A DNA stretch of 64,000 bases from Leptospirales bacterium. GTDB taxonomy: Bacteria > Spirochaetota > Leptospiria > Turneriellales > JAOUFE01. The notes beneath the pieces are model-generated. The model saw nothing but the letters and a program-made list of their open reading frames with translations. It searched no databases and had not been told where the DNA came from. Below are positions 61,248 to 64,000 of the stretch, in pieces (position 1 is the first letter of the stretch; each line of letters starts with the position of its first letter). The translations under genes and the position numbers were made by a program. The DNA lies in contig JBEQLE010000007.1 of NCBI GenBank assembly GCA_040326155.1, positions 16,990-80,989 on the forward strand, read 5' to 3'.

Positions 61248-61382
61248 GCAACCAACTAGAAGGGATGAAATAACTCTGCTCGACGCCATGACAAAACGGA
61301 CAGACCGGTTAATGATCTGGATGTTCAGCCTTGCTGTAACCAGTGCCGGTGTAGTCATCGCAATTTTAAGATAAAGAAGAAA

Positions 61383-63146
61383 CTACATCGGCCGTACAAC
61401 TACATATGGCGAAGGTTTTGATTCGTGATCGGTGCGCTCGGAAGATTCGCTCCAGGCGTTGTCGCAGGCGGTTATCCAGAAATAGTAGGGGATGTCGCGT
61501 TGCAACAATGGGTATTCATAAAGCATTTCGGGACGGGAACTGAAGTAGCTGAAGTTCTGGCGTATCATTTCATTGGTTATGGTTATTTTAATTCGGTTCT
61601 GGTTGCGCGGGTCTATCGCGTACTCTTTCGGACCTAGTTTATCGGAGTCGGTGATGGGTATTCCCACCTGAATACCATTTTGAAGTTTTACCTGTTTAAA
61701 ACGAAGTACCCCCAGAGGTTCGTACGGGTTCAGGCCGTAATAAATATGGTATCGCCCTTTTTGAATGACGTCCATTTCTAAAGACCTTGAAAAAATTAAC
61801 GTTACCTGCTGAGCGCCTATTTTATCTACCGCAAGATAATTCGGTGGTATGGGGGGCGGATTATCGGAATATCGCAACGAAACTTTTTGTAATACCGGGG
61901 TTGTGTTACCCGCAGAGTCGGCAAATAGTTCGGCTTTCCACTGAATATATTTACCGAGTTTGTCTATATAACCCCCTTCTGGAAGAGGAATAAATCGCGG
62001 GTTCTTACCGCCTTGCTCGTCTTCGCCTTCTCTCGATTCTGAAAACGGAATGTCGGAATAACGATAATACAGACGAATTTTTGTACCTTCGGGTTCAATA
62101 CTTTTAAAAGTAAGACTCTCGATGGTCGAAGCCGATGTTGGCAATTGAATGCGTTTGCTGATGGCAATGCCGGGTTGCTGACGAAATCTCTGCCCTACAC
62201 TTCGCACGGGTTCAAACTTTCCCGATATAAGACGGGGTGGTAACAGAGCGTTGCTGAAGATCATATCATCGAGCGCTCCGAGGTAATCTCTGCCAATAAT
62301 GAGCGGTGAGCGATCCCATCTATGAAACCGGGGTGTCATTATGGTCCCCTCTCTGGTAAAGTCGGAGGTCATATAATGAATTTCCTGGTCAACACCATCT
62401 AAATAAAGAGCCAGCGAACCGTCGGACTGGCGGTATTGCAACATTACAGATTGAAACCGGGTGGAGTAAAAAGGATCTCTGGTTGAAATGCGCACCCTCT
62501 CGACAGGCACCCCATTGTGCCAGAAAAAGTTAATAAATTCAAAGTAGAGTTTATCGCCTTCCCAGATGGCGGCAATACCCTGTTTTCTGCCCTCAAAAAT
62601 ACCAACTTTTTGGATAATCTCCATTCGTCTTTTAAGCTGGTAAGGGCGTATACGAAAATAGATGGAAAAATTGCCTGTATTTTCAGAGTTGTTTAAAAAG
62701 AGATACTCCGAGGGAGCCACCCAGAACTGGTGGGCGGGTTGTTCAAAACTGGCGGCCTCGCGTATGGAGTCTTCAAAAACTTTGAGTTTGTAGTCGGTTT
62801 TCAATATTTCGCCGGCTTTTAAATCAGTAAATTGGCGATCAAACGATATATAAAGACTTTCGAGTTGTTGTTTGTATGTTAATGGATAACCCAGTCGACC
62901 AAGGCGAACCCCCCGGGCCTCCCTTCCATACCGGGTTTCCAGCCCCGACATTCTGGTAAAAGCGAAATTTTCTTTTTCTTCGCCCCAGACAAGAGTGTTG
63001 ACACCACTTAAACCGCTTACGCTCGATATGAAAATGAAAAATACAAAAGCACAAAAAGCGGTCAGCTTAATGCGATACTTAGTTTTATGTTTGGTCCAGT
63101 TTATTAACCCGTCTTTCATGGCGGCCGCCGTCAAATGGTATTTCAA
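61383..63146 (-). CDS. Secreted LamG/ConA-like plus FN3-like domain protein; start uncertain
   Basis: Signal-like hydrophobic segment, FSIYFRIRP, LYLDG, LIIG..GALDD, PPIPP..YHIYYG..YYFWITACD. Confidence 0.65.
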   Translation of the reverse strand: MKYHLTAAAMKDGLINWTKHKTKYRIKLTAFCAFVFFIFISSVSGLSGVNTLVWGEEKENFAFTRMSGLETRYGREARGVRLGRLGYPLTYKQQLESLYISFDRQFTDLKAGEILKTDYKLKVFEDSIREAASFEQPAHQFWVAPSEYLFLNNSENTGNFSIYFRIRPYQLKRRMEIIQKVGIFEGRKQGIAAIWEGDKLYFEFINFFWHNGVPVERVRISTRDPFYSTRFQSVMLQYRQSDGSLALYLDGVDQEIHYMTSDFTREGTIMTPRFHRWDRSPLIIGRDYLGALDDMIFSNALLPPRLISGKFEPVRSVGQRFRQQPGIAISKRIQLPTSASTIESLTFKSIEPEGTKIRLYYRYSDIPFSESREGEDEQGGKNPRFIPLPEGGYIDKLGKYIQWKAELFADSAGNTTPVLQKVSLRYSDNPPPIPPNYLAVDKIGAQQVTLIFSRSLEMDVIQKGRYHIYYGLNPYEPLGVLRFKQVKLQNGIQVGIPITDSDKLGPKEYAIDPRNQNRIKITITNEMIRQNFSYFSSRPEMLYEYPLLQRDIPYYFWITACDNAWSESSERTDHESKPSPYVVVRPM

Positions 63147-63516
63147 AGAATTTACGCACCATTTCCAGTACGAGTTCTTTCTTTAGTATTCGACCGCCTA
63201 AGGCTAAAATATTAGCATTATTATGCCTGCGGGCCATTTCTACCGTTTGTACATCGTGACAAAGAGCCGCGCGAATCTTTTTATACCGATTCAAAGAGAT
63301 CGAAATACCGATACCGGTTCCGCAAATAGCAATTCCCTTTTCGACTTCACCCGCTAAAACACCTTTCGCCAACATCTGACCCATATCCGGGTAGTCGACG
63401 GAGTCTTCCGAAAAGCACCCATAATCTTTCCACTGTAACTCAGGAAAATTCTCCCGAATAAACTCTTTCATTTCAAAACCACCGTGGTCCGAGACTATAC
63501 CTATCATAAATTCCAT
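63085..63516 (-). CDS. rpiB: Ribose-5-phosphate isomerase B
   Basis: SDHGG, SVDYPD, ICGTGIG, RRHNNAN, FDGGRH. Confidence 0.95.
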   Translation of the reverse strand: MEFMIGIVSDHGGFEMKEFIRENFPELQWKDYGCFSEDSVDYPDMGQMLAKGVLAGEVEKGIAICGTGIGISISLNRYKKIRAALCHDVQTVEMARRHNNANILALGGRILKKELVLEMVRKFFEIPFDGGRHERRVNKLDQT

Positions 63517-64000
63517 ATACTATATGTTTTATACTCTGGCAAGGAAAAGAGGAAAGAACGAAGTAGCGATAAATTAGACGACTTACTTAAAAACGGTCTA
63601 TAAGACACAACTAAGTGTACGGTACCCTAAATACCTGCAATGCGGTTGAAAAAGATAATACCGATACGAAATGCGAAGGCGGATTAAAATCTGCCATATC
63701 AACCCAACGCCGCCTCGCCTTCCTTGCGATCATCGACTCGCTCAAAAATCATCCGTAAAAAAATTGCGCTATCCCGGTTTGTTTTTTGGGTCTCTTCCAG
63801 AATTCTTTTGGATTCTCTCGAATCGGCCGCCCGTTCAAGGCGCATTTGTTGCAATAAAAGAGGGGCCAGGCCCCTGGTTGCAGCCGGCTACGCCGTCTTC
63901 CACCACCCCAGGGTATTGTTGCCTTTATATAAATACCTTGCAGAAAATTCCGGATTCGAGGTGGGGAAAAACCGACCACGACGCCCCAAAAATATCGTAT

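Noticed and set aside
63560..64000. ncRNA or CDS at the right edge
   Set aside because: No tRNA, tmRNA or RNase P motifs; open frames on both strands without recognisable homology; needs the adjacent window

Overview
AT-rich bacterial chromosomal window, most likely from a Leptospirales-like spirochaete (inferred from the ArgS 'PLNIVSAR' motif, a group-X ATP-Pfk, an ExxHGH-type PTPS and spirochaete-style signalling proteins). The first ~25 kb is mostly housekeeping: the end of an ebo-like cluster (eboD-eboE-eboC), purA, pfk, argS-PTPS-clpS-clpA, DUF721-gyrB without gyrA, TetR-SDR and Rrf2-TauE. About 26-50 kb is an accessory signalling region. It holds an operon of three receiver proteins (REC-HD-GYP, REC-HK, REC-adenylate cyclase), orphan kinases, many deletion-fused pseudogenes, a Ser/Thr kinase-ATPase-GAF-cyclase, a hybrid histidine kinase with an N-terminal CxxC peroxiredoxin-like domain, and a TIR-NB-ARC-TPR NLR-like protein. 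After recA is a small defence hotspot (broken DUF2281/PemK TA pair, attC-like element, m5C methyltransferase plus BsuBI/PstI-family endonuclease, IS110 remnant), then two large surface proteins and rpiB. The best candidate for an undescribed system is the peroxiredoxin-fused hybrid kinase, possibly feeding the kinase-less c-di-GMP/cAMP/phosphorelay receiver trio. No rRNA, tRNA or CRISPR array was seen. All family assignments are by motif recognition only; no database searches were run.
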